A stretch of 64,000 nucleotides of DNA from Escherichia coli (GTDB lineage Bacteria > Pseudomonadota > Gammaproteobacteria > Enterobacterales > Enterobacteriaceae): assembly GCF_009931435.1 (NCBI RefSeq), contig NZ_CP043414.1. One strand, written 5' to 3'. Position numbers and translations under genes: made by a program. Positions 45,582 through 56,027 of the stretch are shown in pieces; within the stretch, counting starts at the first letter, position 1; each line of letters starts with the position of its first letter. The notes beneath the pieces were generated by a model that was not told the origin of the DNA, ran no database searches, and saw only the letters and a program-made list of their open reading frames with translations.

Positions 45582-46859
45582 ATGAAAACCAAAGTTGTTG
45601 CTATTTATGGCAAGCGGGATGTCCGTCTGCGCGAATTTGAACTGCCCAAAATTACCGATAATGAACTGCTGGTGAGTGTAATTTCTGACAGTGTGTGTTT
45701 ATCGACCTGGAAAGCGGCGTTACTCGGTAGCGAACATAAACGCGTGCCCGACGATTTAGAAAATCATCCGGTCATTACCGGGCATGAATGTGCCGGGATT
45801 ATTGTTGAAGTGGGGAAAAATCTTACCGACAAATATAAAAAAGGCCAACGTTTTGTATTGCAACCGGCGATGGGGCTACCAAGCGGGTATTCTGCGGGAT
45901 ACAGCTACGAATATTTTGGCGGTAACGCCACCTATATGATTATTCCAGAGGTAGCCATTAATTTGGGCTGCGTATTACCGTATCACGGATCTTATTTTGC
46001 TGCGGCGTCGCTGGCAGAGCCGATGTGCTGCATTATTGGCGCTTATCATGCCAATTATCACACCACGCAATATGTTTATGAGCATCGCATGGGCGTCAAA
46101 CCTGGCGGCAATATTGCGCTGCTGGCGTGTGCGGGCCCGATGGGGATAGGCGCTATCGATTACGCTATTCACGGCGGCATACAACCGTCGCGGGTAGTGG
46201 TGGTCGATATCGACGACAAACGCCTGGCACAGGTGCAGAAGCTGCTGCCGGTGGAGCTGGCGGCCAGCAAAGGCATTGAGCTGATATATGTGAATACCAA
46301 AGGAATGGCCGATCCGGTACAGAAGCTGCGGGCGCTGACAGGAGATGCTGGGTTCGATGACATTTTTGTTTATGCGGCGGTGCCTGCTGTCGTTGAGATG
46401 GCTGACGAATTACTGGCGGAAGATGGCTGCCTGAACTTCTTTGCCGGGCCGACGGATAAAAACTTCAAAGTGCCGTTTAATTTCTACAACGTCCATTACA
46501 ACAGCACGCACGTCGTCGGTACATCGGGTGGTTCAACGGACGATATGAAAGAGGCGATTGCCCTGAGCGCCACGGGGCAGTTGCAACCGTCGTTTATGGT
46601 GACGCATATCGGTGGCCTGGATGCAGTGCCAGAAACCGTTCTCAATTTACCGGATATCCCCGGTGGTAAAAAACTCATTTACAACGGCGTTACCATGCCG
46701 CTCACCGCCATTGCCGATTTTGCCGAAAAAGGCAAAACCGATCCGCTGTTTAAAGAGCTGGCGCGGTTAGTTGAGGAAACGCACGGCATCTGGAATGAAC
46801 AGGCCGAGAAATATCTGCTGGCACAATTTGGCGTTGATATCGGGGAGGCCGCGCAATGA
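45582..46859 (+). CDS. yggP: Zinc-type alcohol dehydrogenase-like protein YggP
   Basis: 425 aa MDR-family protein; position after cmtA. Confidence 0.8.
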   Translation: MKTKVVAIYGKRDVRLREFELPKITDNELLVSVISDSVCLSTWKAALLGSEHKRVPDDLENHPVITGHECAGIIVEVGKNLTDKYKKGQRFVLQPAMGLPSGYSAGYSYEYFGGNATYMIIPEVAINLGCVLPYHGSYFAAASLAEPMCCIIGAYHANYHTTQYVYEHRMGVKPGGNIALLACAGPMGIGAIDYAIHGGIQPSRVVVVDIDDKRLAQVQKLLPVELAASKGIELIYVNTKGMADPVQKLRALTGDAGFDDIFVYAAVPAVVEMADELLAEDGCLNFFAGPTDKNFKVPFNFYNVHYNSTHVVGTSGGSTDDMKEAIALSATGQLQPSFMVTHIGGLDAVPETVLNLPDIPGGKKLIYNGVTMPLTAIADFAEKGKTDPLFKELARLVEETHGIWNEQAEKYLLAQFGVDIGEAAQ

Positions 46860-47821
46860 TGTCCCTGGCGTGGCCATTATTTCGCGTTACGGAGCAGGCA
46901 GCGTTGGCTGCCTGGCCGCAAACCGGATGTGGCAACAAAAATAAAATTGATGGCCTGGCGGTCACCGCGATGCGCCAGGCATTAAACGATGTCGCTTTTC
47001 GTGGGCGAGTGGTTATCGGCGAGGGAGAAATTGACCATGCGCCGATGCTGTGGATTGGCGAAGAGGTGGGCAAAGGCGATGGGCCAGAAGTCGATATCGC
47101 GGTTGATCCCATTGAAGGTACGCGGATGGTGGCGATGGGGCAGAGCAATGCGCTGGCGGTCATGGCTTTCGCCCCTCGAGATAGCCTGTTACACGCGCCC
47201 GATATGTATATGAAAAAACTGGTTGTTAATCGGCTGGCGGCGGGCGCGATTGATCTGTCTTTGCCTCTGGCGGACAACTTGCGCAACGTGGCGAAAGCGT
47301 TGGGCAAACCGCTGGACCAGCTACGTATGGTTACGCTAGATAAACCGCGCCTGAGAGCCGCAATTGAGGAAGCGACACAACTGGGCGTGAAGGTTTTTGC
47401 CCTGCCGGATGGCGATGTCGCCGCCAGCGTGCTGACCTGCTGGCAAGATAATCCTTACGACGTGATGTACACCATCGGTGGCGCGCCGGAAGGTGTTATT
47501 TCTGCCTGTGCTGTTAAAGCATTGGGTGGGGATATGCAGGCCGAGCTGATTGATTTTTGTCAGGCAAAAGGGGATTACACGGAAAATCGGCAGATTGCAG
47601 AGCAGGAGCGCAAGCGTTGCAAGGAAATGGGCGTTGACGTTAACCGTGTGTACTCGCTCGATGAACTGGTGAGGGGGAACGATATCCTCTTTAGCGCTAC
47701 GGGCGTGACGGGCGGTGAGTTGGTGAACGGTATCCAACAGACGGCGAATGGGGTGCGGACGCAGACATTACTGATCGGCGGCGCGGACCAAACGTGTAAT
47801 ATAATAGACTCCCTGCATTGA
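46856..47821 (+). CDS. yggF: Class II fructose-1,6-bisphosphatase (GlpX paralogue) YggF
   Basis: 321 aa; overlaps the yggP stop by 4 nt. Confidence 0.85.
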   Translation: MMSLAWPLFRVTEQAALAAWPQTGCGNKNKIDGLAVTAMRQALNDVAFRGRVVIGEGEIDHAPMLWIGEEVGKGDGPEVDIAVDPIEGTRMVAMGQSNALAVMAFAPRDSLLHAPDMYMKKLVVNRLAAGAIDLSLPLADNLRNVAKALGKPLDQLRMVTLDKPRLRAAIEEATQLGVKVFALPDGDVAASVLTCWQDNPYDVMYTIGGAPEGVISACAVKALGGDMQAELIDFCQAKGDYTENRQIAEQERKRCKEMGVDVNRVYSLDELVRGNDILFSATGVTGGELVNGIQQTANGVRTQTLLIGGADQTCNIIDSLH

Positions 47822-47842
47822 TGGTGATCTATCGGAAGACCA

Positions 47843-48352
47843 ATGGCGACGCTGACAGAAGATGATGTGCTTGAGCAACTGGACGCACAGGACAATTTAT
47901 TGTCATTTATGAGAACTACACATGTCATTTTGCTCCAGGGGATACGCCAGTTTCTGCCGTCGCTGTTTGTCGATAATGATGAAGAGATCGTGGAATATGC
48001 AGTGAAGCCGTTACTCGCTCAAAGCGGCCCGCTTGACGATATTGATGTTGCGCTACGTTTGATTTTTGCGCTGGGGAAAATGGACAAATGGCTGTATGCC
48101 GATATCACGCACTTTTCCCAGTTCTGGCATTACCTGAATGAACAGGATGAAACGCCCGGATTTGCCGATGACATTACCTGGGATTTTATCAGCAACGTCA
48201 ATAGCATAACCCGCAATGCGACGCTCTATGACGCGTTAAAAGCGATGAAGTTCGCTGATTTCGCCGTCTGGTCAGAGGTGCGTTTTAGTGGGATGGTCAA
48301 AACGGCGCTGACGCTGGCAGTAACGACCACCTTAAAGGAATTAACGCCGTGA
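47843..48352 (+). CDS. yggD: MtlR-family regulator YggD
   Basis: 169 aa; position between yggF and yggC. Confidence 0.8.
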   Translation: MATLTEDDVLEQLDAQDNLLSFMRTTHVILLQGIRQFLPSLFVDNDEEIVEYAVKPLLAQSGPLDDIDVALRLIFALGKMDKWLYADITHFSQFWHYLNEQDETPGFADDITWDFISNVNSITRNATLYDALKAMKFADFAVWSEVRFSGMVKTALTLAVTTTLKELTP

Positions 48353-49062
48353 AAATCGAACTGACGGTGAATGGATTGAAGGTACAGGCGCAGTACCCGA
48401 ACGAAGAGATTGAAAATGTGCATAAACCGTTGCTGCGTATGCTGGCAGCCTTACAGACGGTAAATCCGCAGCGGCGTACCGTGGTTTTTCTTTGCGCTCC
48501 GCCGGGGACGGGTAAATCTACCCTAACCACTTTCTGGGAATATCTCGCGCAACAAGACCCGGAACTACCCGCTATTCAGACGCTGCCGATGGATGGTTTT
48601 CACCATTACAATAGCTGGCTGGATGCGCATCAATTGCGCCCCTTTAAAGGCGCACCAGAGACATTCGATGTGGCAAAACTGGCGGAAAATCTGCGCCAGG
48701 TAATGGAAGGGGATTGTACGTGGCCGCAGTACGATCGACAAAAGCATGATCCTGTTGAAGATGCGTTGCACGTTACCGCACCACTCGTCATCGTCGAAGG
48801 AAACTGGTTGTTGCTGGATGACGAGAAGTGGCGCCAGCTTGCGCAATTTTGTGATTTCTCGATCTTTATCAACGCGCCAGCTACTGCGTTGCGGGAACGA
48901 CTGGTGGGGCGCAAGCTGGCGGGAGGGTTATCGCTGGCAGACGCAGAAGCCTTTTATGACCGTACCGATGGGCCGAATGTTCGCCGGGTGCTGGAAGAGA
49001 GTCTGCCTGCAAATTTGACCTTAATGATGACCGCTACGGGTGAATATCGTCTGGTGGATTAA
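48349..49062 (+). CDS. yggC: P-loop kinase-like protein YggC
   Basis: 237 aa; Walker A GTGKST (LCAPPGTGKSTL). Confidence 0.85.
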   Translation: MKIELTVNGLKVQAQYPNEEIENVHKPLLRMLAALQTVNPQRRTVVFLCAPPGTGKSTLTTFWEYLAQQDPELPAIQTLPMDGFHHYNSWLDAHQLRPFKGAPETFDVAKLAENLRQVMEGDCTWPQYDRQKHDPVEDALHVTAPLVIVEGNWLLLDDEKWRQLAQFCDFSIFINAPATALRERLVGRKLAGGLSLADAEAFYDRTDGPNVRRVLEESLPANLTLMMTATGEYRLVD

Positions 49063-49711
49063 CGTTCCTGATTACACCATCTTCCAGTCGCACCACACGA
49101 GAGAAATGACGCCGGGTAAATGCGGCGTCATGACTGATTGCTACGACGCTCGTGCCTCGCTGGCGGCACTTTTCCAGCCAGCTTTCAAACACGCTCATCC
49201 AATTTTCGTCAAAATCCCGACTCGGCTCGTCCAGCAGCAATAGCGGCGGAGAGAGTGCTTCCAGGCAGGCGACGGCGACCATCCGTCGCTGCGCACTATG
49301 CAGATCTAACGGATGCGCGCTGGCAGTGTCTGCTAACTGACAGCATTGCAGGGCAGCATTGGTACGTTGAGTGATTTCATCCGCCAGGCATTTTTGCAGT
49401 TTCAAACCAAATGCGATCTCGTCAGCGACGGTGCTGTGAAAAAGCTGGTTTTCCGCTTCCTGAAACAGTACGCCAATCTTTGCTGCACGTTGGCGGTTTT
49501 TCAGGTTTTTCATCGCCTGTTGTTGCAGCATAACCGTACCGGCTGTGGGCGTAAGAAGACCTGCCATTACTCGTAACAGCGTCGATTTTCCCGCGCCATT
49601 GTCGCCGGTCAGCGCCAACCATTCACCTTGTTTGAGTTGCAGAGAAATGTCGCAAAGACAATCCGTTGCCGCGCCAGGCCAGCGATAAGACATCTGATTT
49701 AACGTTAACAT
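49034..49711 (-). CDS. ABC-type ATPase, second ATPase of an ECF-type transporter, with degenerate signature motif
   Basis: Walker A GDNGAGKST; Walker B LLLLDEP; H-loop ISHD; signature position reads LHSAQ instead of LSGGQ. Start ambiguous: 49711 (MLTLNQMSYRW) or 49744. Confidence 0.65.
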   Translation of the reverse strand: MLTLNQMSYRWPGAATDCLCDISLQLKQGEWLALTGDNGAGKSTLLRVMAGLLTPTAGTVMLQQQAMKNLKNRQRAAKIGVLFQEAENQLFHSTVADEIAFGLKLQKCLADEITQRTNAALQCCQLADTASAHPLDLHSAQRRMVAVACLEALSPPLLLLDEPSRDFDENWMSVFESWLEKCRQRGTSVVAISHDAAFTRRHFSRVVRLEDGVIRNVNPPDDIHP

Positions 49712-50388
49712 AGTGGCTGGAGCGCTCCGTTTTGCAATTGCCACGCTTGCTGGCAGTAGTTCAGGAAAGGTGTGCGATGACGTTCAAAAAGAATAATCAG
49801 CGAACCACGTTCAAACGCCCAGTGTTGTAAGCGCTGCAACAGCATTTCGCTGGCCTGCGGCGTCAGGCGACTAAAGGCTTCATCAAGAATTAATAGTTTT
49901 GGCTGCATCGCGATGGCGCAGGCGATGACCACGCGCTGTGTCTCTCCACCGGAGAGTGTTGCCGGGTGACGATGGCGCAACGGCTGGCACTCGGTCAGAG
50001 TCAGGGCAGCATCAATCCGCGCCATAATCTCCTCTTCAGCAAGACACAGATTTTCTGGCCCAAAGGCAACTTCTTCTTCCACGCTAAAGGTACAGCCGGA
50101 GAGCTGCAAATAGGGCGATTGCTGAACGAGCTGGATGGTGGCGGATTGTTCATTAAGCGGGAGATACCCAATGGGCGTACCGAGAAGCGTCCCCGTGCCG
50201 GTTATCTCTCCTGGCAGAAAGTCCGGATACCAGCCCGCCATCAGTTGCGCCAGCGTACTTTTGCCACTGCCGTTGTCACCAAAGATGGCGACTATCCCCG
50301 GTTTGACATAGTGAAAGTCATAACAGAACGGAGGGTGCGTTGAGTGTGTCGGGCAATAGCGAAACTGTTCTAACGTAACCATATCCAC
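49705..50388 (-). CDS. ABC-type ATPase, first ATPase of an ECF-type transporter
   Basis: Walker A GDNGSGKST; Q-loop; canonical signature LSGGETQRV; Walker B LLILDEA; about 227 aa. Confidence 0.75.
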   Translation of the reverse strand: MDMVTLEQFRYCPTHSTHPPFCYDFHYVKPGIVAIFGDNGSGKSTLAQLMAGWYPDFLPGEITGTGTLLGTPIGYLPLNEQSATIQLVQQSPYLQLSGCTFSVEEEVAFGPENLCLAEEEIMARIDAALTLTECQPLRHRHPATLSGGETQRVVIACAIAMQPKLLILDEAFSRLTPQASEMLLQRLQHWAFERGSLIILFERHRTPFLNYCQQAWQLQNGALQPLC

Positions 50389-51077
50389 GCTCCGAATTCT
50401 GCCAGCATCAGCAAGATCATGGCGTAACGTGCCACTTTTTCCAGGTTACTGTCAGGCGGTGCCCATAACGTAGTGCGCCGGTTGTGGATCCGAAATGCCC
50501 GCATATCCAGCGCCGCACCACGGATAGCCAGATCGTTTAGCGCATTGTGTGTTAGCGGAATAATTAGCGCGGGTATAGCACGTAAACGCTGATACCAGCC
50601 CTCATCCAGCGGCACCCCACGGGCGCGCTGCGCTTCATGAATAATCGCTAATTGCCGTTTTAACTGCTCAACGACCAACAAAGGCCCAGCGAACAGATAA
50701 GCGACGCCCGGCGGCAGGCGAGAAGCAAACAAAGCGCGGATAAAACGTTGCACTGGGACGAATTGCATCCACAACTGCGAGGTTGAAACAATCGCCAGAA
50801 TCCGCAACCAGAGCGTAATAGCATGCGTCCACCGTTCTGGCGAGCGTGGCGTGCCGCTTAGCCATTCTGTCAGCCAGCCACCGTGTACCAGCCACAGTCC
50901 AGCCCCCAGCGAGAACATCAGCCAGACAACATATTTTACCCGCCGCCGCGTGGCCTTTAGCGCAATAAGGCAGAAAAAGGTCGCCGCGCTATAGAATGGC
51001 AGTATTGTCTGTGTGGGCAGGATAAGCGTGGTGCAGGCCGCCAGCGCCCACAGCGTTAGGGATGTAAACGGATGCAT
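50370..51077 (-). CDS. ECF transporter transmembrane T component (EcfT/CbiQ-like)
   Basis: 235 aa polytopic protein with Arg-containing coupling motif (EAQRARGVPLD); start codon abuts the stop of the upstream gene. Confidence 0.65.
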   Translation of the reverse strand: MHPFTSLTLWALAACTTLILPTQTILPFYSAATFFCLIALKATRRRVKYVVWLMFSLGAGLWLVHGGWLTEWLSGTPRSPERWTHAITLWLRILAIVSTSQLWMQFVPVQRFIRALFASRLPPGVAYLFAGPLLVVEQLKRQLAIIHEAQRARGVPLDEGWYQRLRAIPALIIPLTHNALNDLAIRGAALDMRAFRIHNRRTTLWAPPDSNLEKVARYAMILLMLAEFGAWIWLR

Positions 51078-51656
51078 TTAGCGCACGGCAGCCATTGCCG
51101 GAAAATGGCGCGTGGTGCGAATCGGCAGCTGACGCAGTAAAAGCCAGACAATCACCGCTGTAAGAATTTTATCGACCAGGTTTGCGCCTATCACCGTAAT
51201 CGCCACCGACTCCACCAGGTTTTGCCCCATAGAGTGCATCCAGGCAACGAACAAATCGGCTCCGCTACCGGTGACACCGCCGAACAGCGCAGTACGCAGC
51301 GGTACAGCGACGACCGTTACTGCAAGCGTAATAATCACGCCGCTGACAACGACTTTTGGCAGGGTGCGAAACCAACCCGCTCGCGCCAGCCAACCGGCGA
51401 CCAGGCCAATAACCATCGCCACGGGGGCAAAGGCGGCGGCGATCGGGTCGGTGAGCAATCCCCAGAGTAAATTGGTCAGTAAGCCGGTCAGCATCCCGAT
51501 CACCGGACCAAGCAGTACCGCGCTAATAAGTGTGCCGATGGAGTCGAGAAATATAGGTAATTTGACCATGCTGGCCAGTTGCCCGCCAATCATATTGATG
51601 GCGATAGAGATAACAATCAACACCAGTGCTTGACTGGAAAAGTGGCGACGCGCCAT
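51078..51656 (-). CDS. Putative ECF transporter substrate-capture S component
   Basis: About 190 aa small polytopic protein (start chosen at MARRHFSSQALVLIVISIAINMIGG; ORF extends further); LDSIGT-like motif; first membrane gene of the module. Confidence 0.5.
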   Translation of the reverse strand: MARRHFSSQALVLIVISIAINMIGGQLASMVKLPIFLDSIGTLISAVLLGPVIGMLTGLLTNLLWGLLTDPIAAAFAPVAMVIGLVAGWLARAGWFRTLPKVVVSGVIITLAVTVVAVPLRTALFGGVTGSGADLFVAWMHSMGQNLVESVAITVIGANLVDKILTAVIVWLLLRQLPIRTTRHFPAMAAVR

Positions 51657-51678
51657 AAGAAAACCTCTCTGAAAGTAG

Positions 51679-52110
51679 TTATTTAACGGGGGAAATATGC
51701 AATTCGTCGTAACCAGAAAGCGCGCAAGGTTGGCGGCTAAACGCCAGCTCCTCAAGGCAGCCGATCACCAGTTCAAGCGTGGTCCGCACGGTACAGCCGG
51801 GCATCATATGACCGCCAAGCATCGTGCCGTGTGGATCGGAAACGCAGAGATGAAGATGTTCACCACTCTGTTCCAGTGTGCCGTTCAATGCGATGACTTC
51901 GAACTTACCGCTTAGTAGGGCCGTGTTTTCTTGCCCGGCATAGCGTAAGGCGACGTCAGTCAGACTGCCGGTACAACCTGCAATCCACGCGGCGTGGAGT
52001 TGTTGTTGCTGCGCGAAGGCGCGTAATTGGGAGAGAACTTCCTGCCCTGGGAGCAGGCGCAGCGCGTAAAAGCGTGCGGAGGAAGAATATGGGTAGGGCA
52101 ATGTCATCAT
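51679..52110 (-). CDS. Small cytoplasmic protein, possibly PPC/DUF296 domain
   Basis: 143 aa soluble protein; first gene of the minus-strand operon, divergent from epd; domain call by resemblance only. Confidence 0.45.
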   Translation of the reverse strand: MMTLPYPYSSSARFYALRLLPGQEVLSQLRAFAQQQQLHAAWIAGCTGSLTDVALRYAGQENTALLSGKFEVIALNGTLEQSGEHLHLCVSDPHGTMLGGHMMPGCTVRTTLELVIGCLEELAFSRQPCALSGYDELHISPVK

Positions 52111-52481
52111 TGGAGTACTCCGAAACTCGGACGTATTGCGGATAATATCGACGCTGCATCAGTCATATTCTGATATAAGTCAGGGTTTGTGACGGCACAA
52201 CGAAAAGATTTTGCTACGCTTATTCGTGATTCTGCAAAGTGGAATAAATTCCACAGGGGCGGGGATGAAAACGTGACGTAAGTCAGATAATTGTCTTCTT
52301 TGACTGGACAATCATTCCTTTTATTCCACGTTTCGCTTATCCTAGCTGAAGCGTTTCAGTCGATTAAATGTTCGACAATTAACCAATCAGTCGCAGTTTG
52401 CGACAGGTAAGGTTTCCCCGGACGATTTGCTGGATTACTCTGTCTGGCAAATTTGCTCAGGGAAAACCTTGCAGGAGATCT

Positions 52482-53501
52482 ATGACCGTACGCGTAGCGA
52501 TAAATGGCTTCGGTCGCATCGGGCGTAATGTGGTTCGTGCTTTGTATGAATCCGGACGCCGGGCGGAAATTACCGTGGTGGCAATCAACGAACTGGCGGA
52601 TGCTGCGGGCATGGCGCATTTGTTGAAATATGACACCAGTCATGGCCGTTTTGCATGGGAAGTACGACAGGAACGCGATCAACTTTTTGTTGGTGATGAC
52701 GCCATCCGCGTATTGCATGAACGTTCACTGCAATCGCTCCCATGGCGTGAACTGGGCGTCGATGTGGTTCTCGACTGCACCGGCGTATATGGCTCCCGCG
52801 AGCATGGCGAAGCACATATTGCCGCCGGGGCCAAAAAAGTGCTCTTTTCACATCCTGGCAGTAACGATCTCGATGCGACCGTTGTTTACGGCGTCAATCA
52901 GGATCAACTTCGTGCGGAACACCGCATCGTTTCTAACGCTTCCTGTACCACGAATTGCATAATTCCCGTCATCAAATTGTTAGATGATGCGTACGGTATT
53001 GAGTCCGGCACTGTGACCACAATTCACTCCGCCATGCACGATCAACAGGTTATTGATGCATACCATCCTGACCTGCGTCGCACCCGGGCAGCCAGCCAGT
53101 CGATCATTCCGGTCGATACTAAACTGGCCGCCGGTATCACACGATTTTTTCCGCAATTTAACGATCGCTTTGAAGCGATTGCGGTACGTGTGCCAACCAT
53201 AAATGTGACGGCAATCGATTTAAGCGTGACGGTGAAGAAACCTGTAAAAGCCAATGAAGTCAACCTGTTGCTGCAAAAAGCAGCACAAGGTGCATTTCAT
53301 GGTATAGTTGACTATACGGAATTGCCGTTGGTCTCTGTAGATTTTAACCACGATCCGCACAGTGCCATTGTCGATGGCACCCAAACCCGGGTCAGTGGCG
53401 CACACCTGATCAAAACGTTGGTCTGGTGCGATAACGAATGGGGCTTTGCTAACCGAATGCTCGACACGACGTTAGCTATGGCTACTGTTGCTTTCAGGTA
53501 A
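52482..53501 (+). CDS. epd: D-erythrose-4-phosphate dehydrogenase
   Basis: ORF trimmed to [25 protein letters not shown] start (339 aa); SCTTNC active-site motif. Confidence 0.95.
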
Positions 53502-53550
53502 GACGCAAGCAGCGTCTGCAAAACTTTTAGAATCAACGAGAGGATTCACC

Positions 53551-54714
53551 ATGTCTGTAATTAAGATGACCGATCTGGATCTTGCTGGGAAACGTGTATT
53601 TATCCGTGCGGATCTGAACGTACCAGTAAAAGACGGGAAAGTAACCAGCGACGCGCGTATCCGTGCTTCTCTGCCGACCATCGAACTGGCCCTGAAACAA
53701 GGCGCGAAAGTGATGGTAACTTCCCACCTGGGTCGTCCTACCGAAGGCGAGTACAACGAAGAATTCTCTCTGCTGCCGGTTGTTAACTACCTGAAAGACA
53801 AACTGTCTAACCCGGTTCGTCTGGTTAAAGATTACCTCGACGGCGTTGACGTTGCTGAAGGTGAACTGGTTGTTCTGGAAAACGTTCGCTTCAACAAAGG
53901 CGAGAAGAAAGACGACGAAACTCTGTCCAAAAAATATGCTGCACTGTGTGACGTGTTCGTAATGGACGCATTCGGTACTGCTCACCGCGCGCAGGCTTCT
54001 ACTCACGGTATCGGTAAATTCGCTGATGTTGCGTGCGCAGGCCCGCTGCTGGCAGCTGAACTGGACGCGCTGGGTAAAGCACTGAAAGAACCTGCTCGCC
54101 CGATGGTGGCTATCGTTGGTGGTTCTAAAGTATCTACCAAACTGACCGTTCTGGATTCCCTGTCCAAAATCGCTGACCAGCTGATCGTGGGTGGTGGTAT
54201 CGCTAACACCTTTATCGCGGCACAAGGCCACGATGTGGGTAAATCCCTGTACGAAGCTGACCTGGTTGACGAAGCAAAACGTCTGCTGACCACCTGCAAC
54301 ATTCCGGTTCCGTCTGACGTTCGCGTAGCAACTGAGTTCTCTGAAACTGCACCGGCTACCCTGAAATCTGTTAACGATGTGAAAGCTGACGAGCAGATCC
54401 TGGATATCGGCGATGCTTCTGCGCAGGAACTGGCTGAAATCCTGAAGAATGCGAAAACCATTCTGTGGAACGGCCCGGTTGGCGTGTTCGAATTCCCGAA
54501 CTTCCGCAAAGGTACTGAAATCGTGGCTAACGCTATCGCAGACAGCGAAGCGTTCTCCATCGCTGGTGGCGGTGACACTCTGGCAGCAATCGACCTGTTC
54601 GGCATTGCTGACAAAATCTCCTACATCTCCACTGGCGGCGGCGCATTCCTCGAATTCGTGGAAGGTAAAGTACTGCCTGCAGTAGCGATGCTCGAAGAGC
54701 GCGCTAAGAAGTAA
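53551..54714 (+). CDS. pgk: Phosphoglycerate kinase
   Basis: ORF trimmed to [25 protein letters not shown] start (387 aa). Confidence 0.95.
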
Positions 54715-54722
54715 AAAATCAC

Positions 54723-54745
54723 AGGGCAGGGAAACCTGCCCTTGT
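54723..54745 (+). terminator. Putative attenuating hairpin between pgk and fbaA
   Basis: AGGGCAGG-GAAA-CCTGCCCT hairpin right after the pgk stop; weak T-run. Confidence 0.35.
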
Positions 54746-54928
54746 TGCAGCGCGCTTTTAGAGCACGCATTTTTTCATACTCTAAATAATTCGAGTTGCA
54801 GGAAGGCGACAAGAGAGTGAATCCTCAGGAGCTTACATAAGTAAGTGACTGGGGGGAGCGAACGCAGACGCAGCACATGCAACTTGAAGTATGACGAGTA
54901 TAAGGCCCGACGATACAGGACAAGAGAC

Positions 54929-56008
54929 ATGTCTAAGATTTTTGATTTCGTAAAACCTGGCGTAATCACTGGTGATGACGTACAGAAAGTTTTCCAGGTA
55001 GCAAAAGAAAACAACTTCGCACTGCCAGCAGTAAACTGCGTCGGTACTGACTCCATCAACGCCGTACTGGAAACCGCGGCTAAAGTTAAAGCGCCGGTTA
55101 TCGTTCAGTTCTCCAACGGTGGTGCTTCCTTTATCGCTGGTAAAGGCGTGAAATCTGACGTTCCGCAGGGTGCTGCTATCCTGGGTGCGATCTCTGGTGC
55201 GCATCACGTTCACCAGATGGCTGAACACTATGGTGTTCCGGTTATCCTGCACACCGACCACTGCGCGAAAAAACTGCTGCCGTGGATCGACGGTCTGCTG
55301 GACGCGGGTGAAAAACACTTCGCAGCTACCGGTAAGCCGCTGTTCTCTTCTCACATGATCGACCTGTCTGAAGAATCTCTGCAAGAGAACATCGAAATCT
55401 GCTCTAAATACCTGGAGCGTATGTCCAAAATCGGCATGACTCTGGAAATCGAACTGGGTTGCACCGGTGGTGAAGAAGACGGCGTGGACAACAGCCACAT
55501 GGACGCTTCTGCACTGTACACCCAGCCGGAAGACGTTGATTACGCATACACTGAGCTGAGCAAAATCAGCCCGCGCTTCACCATCGCAGCGTCCTTCGGT
55601 AACGTACACGGCGTATACAAGCCGGGTAACGTTGTTCTGACTCCGACCATCCTGCGTGACTCTCAGGAATATGTTTCCAAGAAACACAACCTGCCGCACA
55701 ACAGCCTGAACTTCGTATTCCACGGCGGTTCCGGTTCTACTGCTCAGGAAATCAAAGACTCCGTAAGCTACGGCGTAGTGAAAATGAACATCGATACCGA
55801 TACCCAATGGGCAACCTGGGAAGGTGTTCTGAACTATTACAAAGCGAACGAAGCTTATCTGCAGGGTCAGCTGGGTAACCCGAAAGGCGAAGATCAGCCG
55901 AACAAGAAATACTACGATCCGCGCGTATGGCTGCGTGCCGGTCAGACTTCGATGATCGCTCGTCTGGAAAAAGCATTCCAGGAACTGAACGCGATCGACG
56001 TTCTGTAA
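54929..56008 (+). CDS. fbaA: Fructose-bisphosphate aldolase class II
   Basis: ORF trimmed to MSKIFDFVKPGVITGDDVQKVF start (359 aa). Confidence 0.95.
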   Translation: MSKIFDFVKPGVITGDDVQKVFQVAKENNFALPAVNCVGTDSINAVLETAAKVKAPVIVQFSNGGASFIAGKGVKSDVPQGAAILGAISGAHHVHQMAEHYGVPVILHTDHCAKKLLPWIDGLLDAGEKHFAATGKPLFSSHMIDLSEESLQENIEICSKYLERMSKIGMTLEIELGCTGGEEDGVDNSHMDASALYTQPEDVDYAYTELSKISPRFTIAASFGNVHGVYKPGNVVLTPTILRDSQEYVSKKHNLPHNSLNFVFHGGSGSTAQEIKDSVSYGVVKMNIDTDTQWATWEGVLNYYKANEAYLQGQLGNPKGEDQPNKKYYDPRVWLRAGQTSMIARLEKAFQELNAIDVL

Positions 56009-56027
56009 GATATTCCTTTCTGCTTAC

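Noticed and set aside
54833-55807. 324-aa ORF antisense to fbaA
   Set aside because: Nested opposite fbaA; repetitive Val/Phe/Arg-rich composition typical of a shadow frame.
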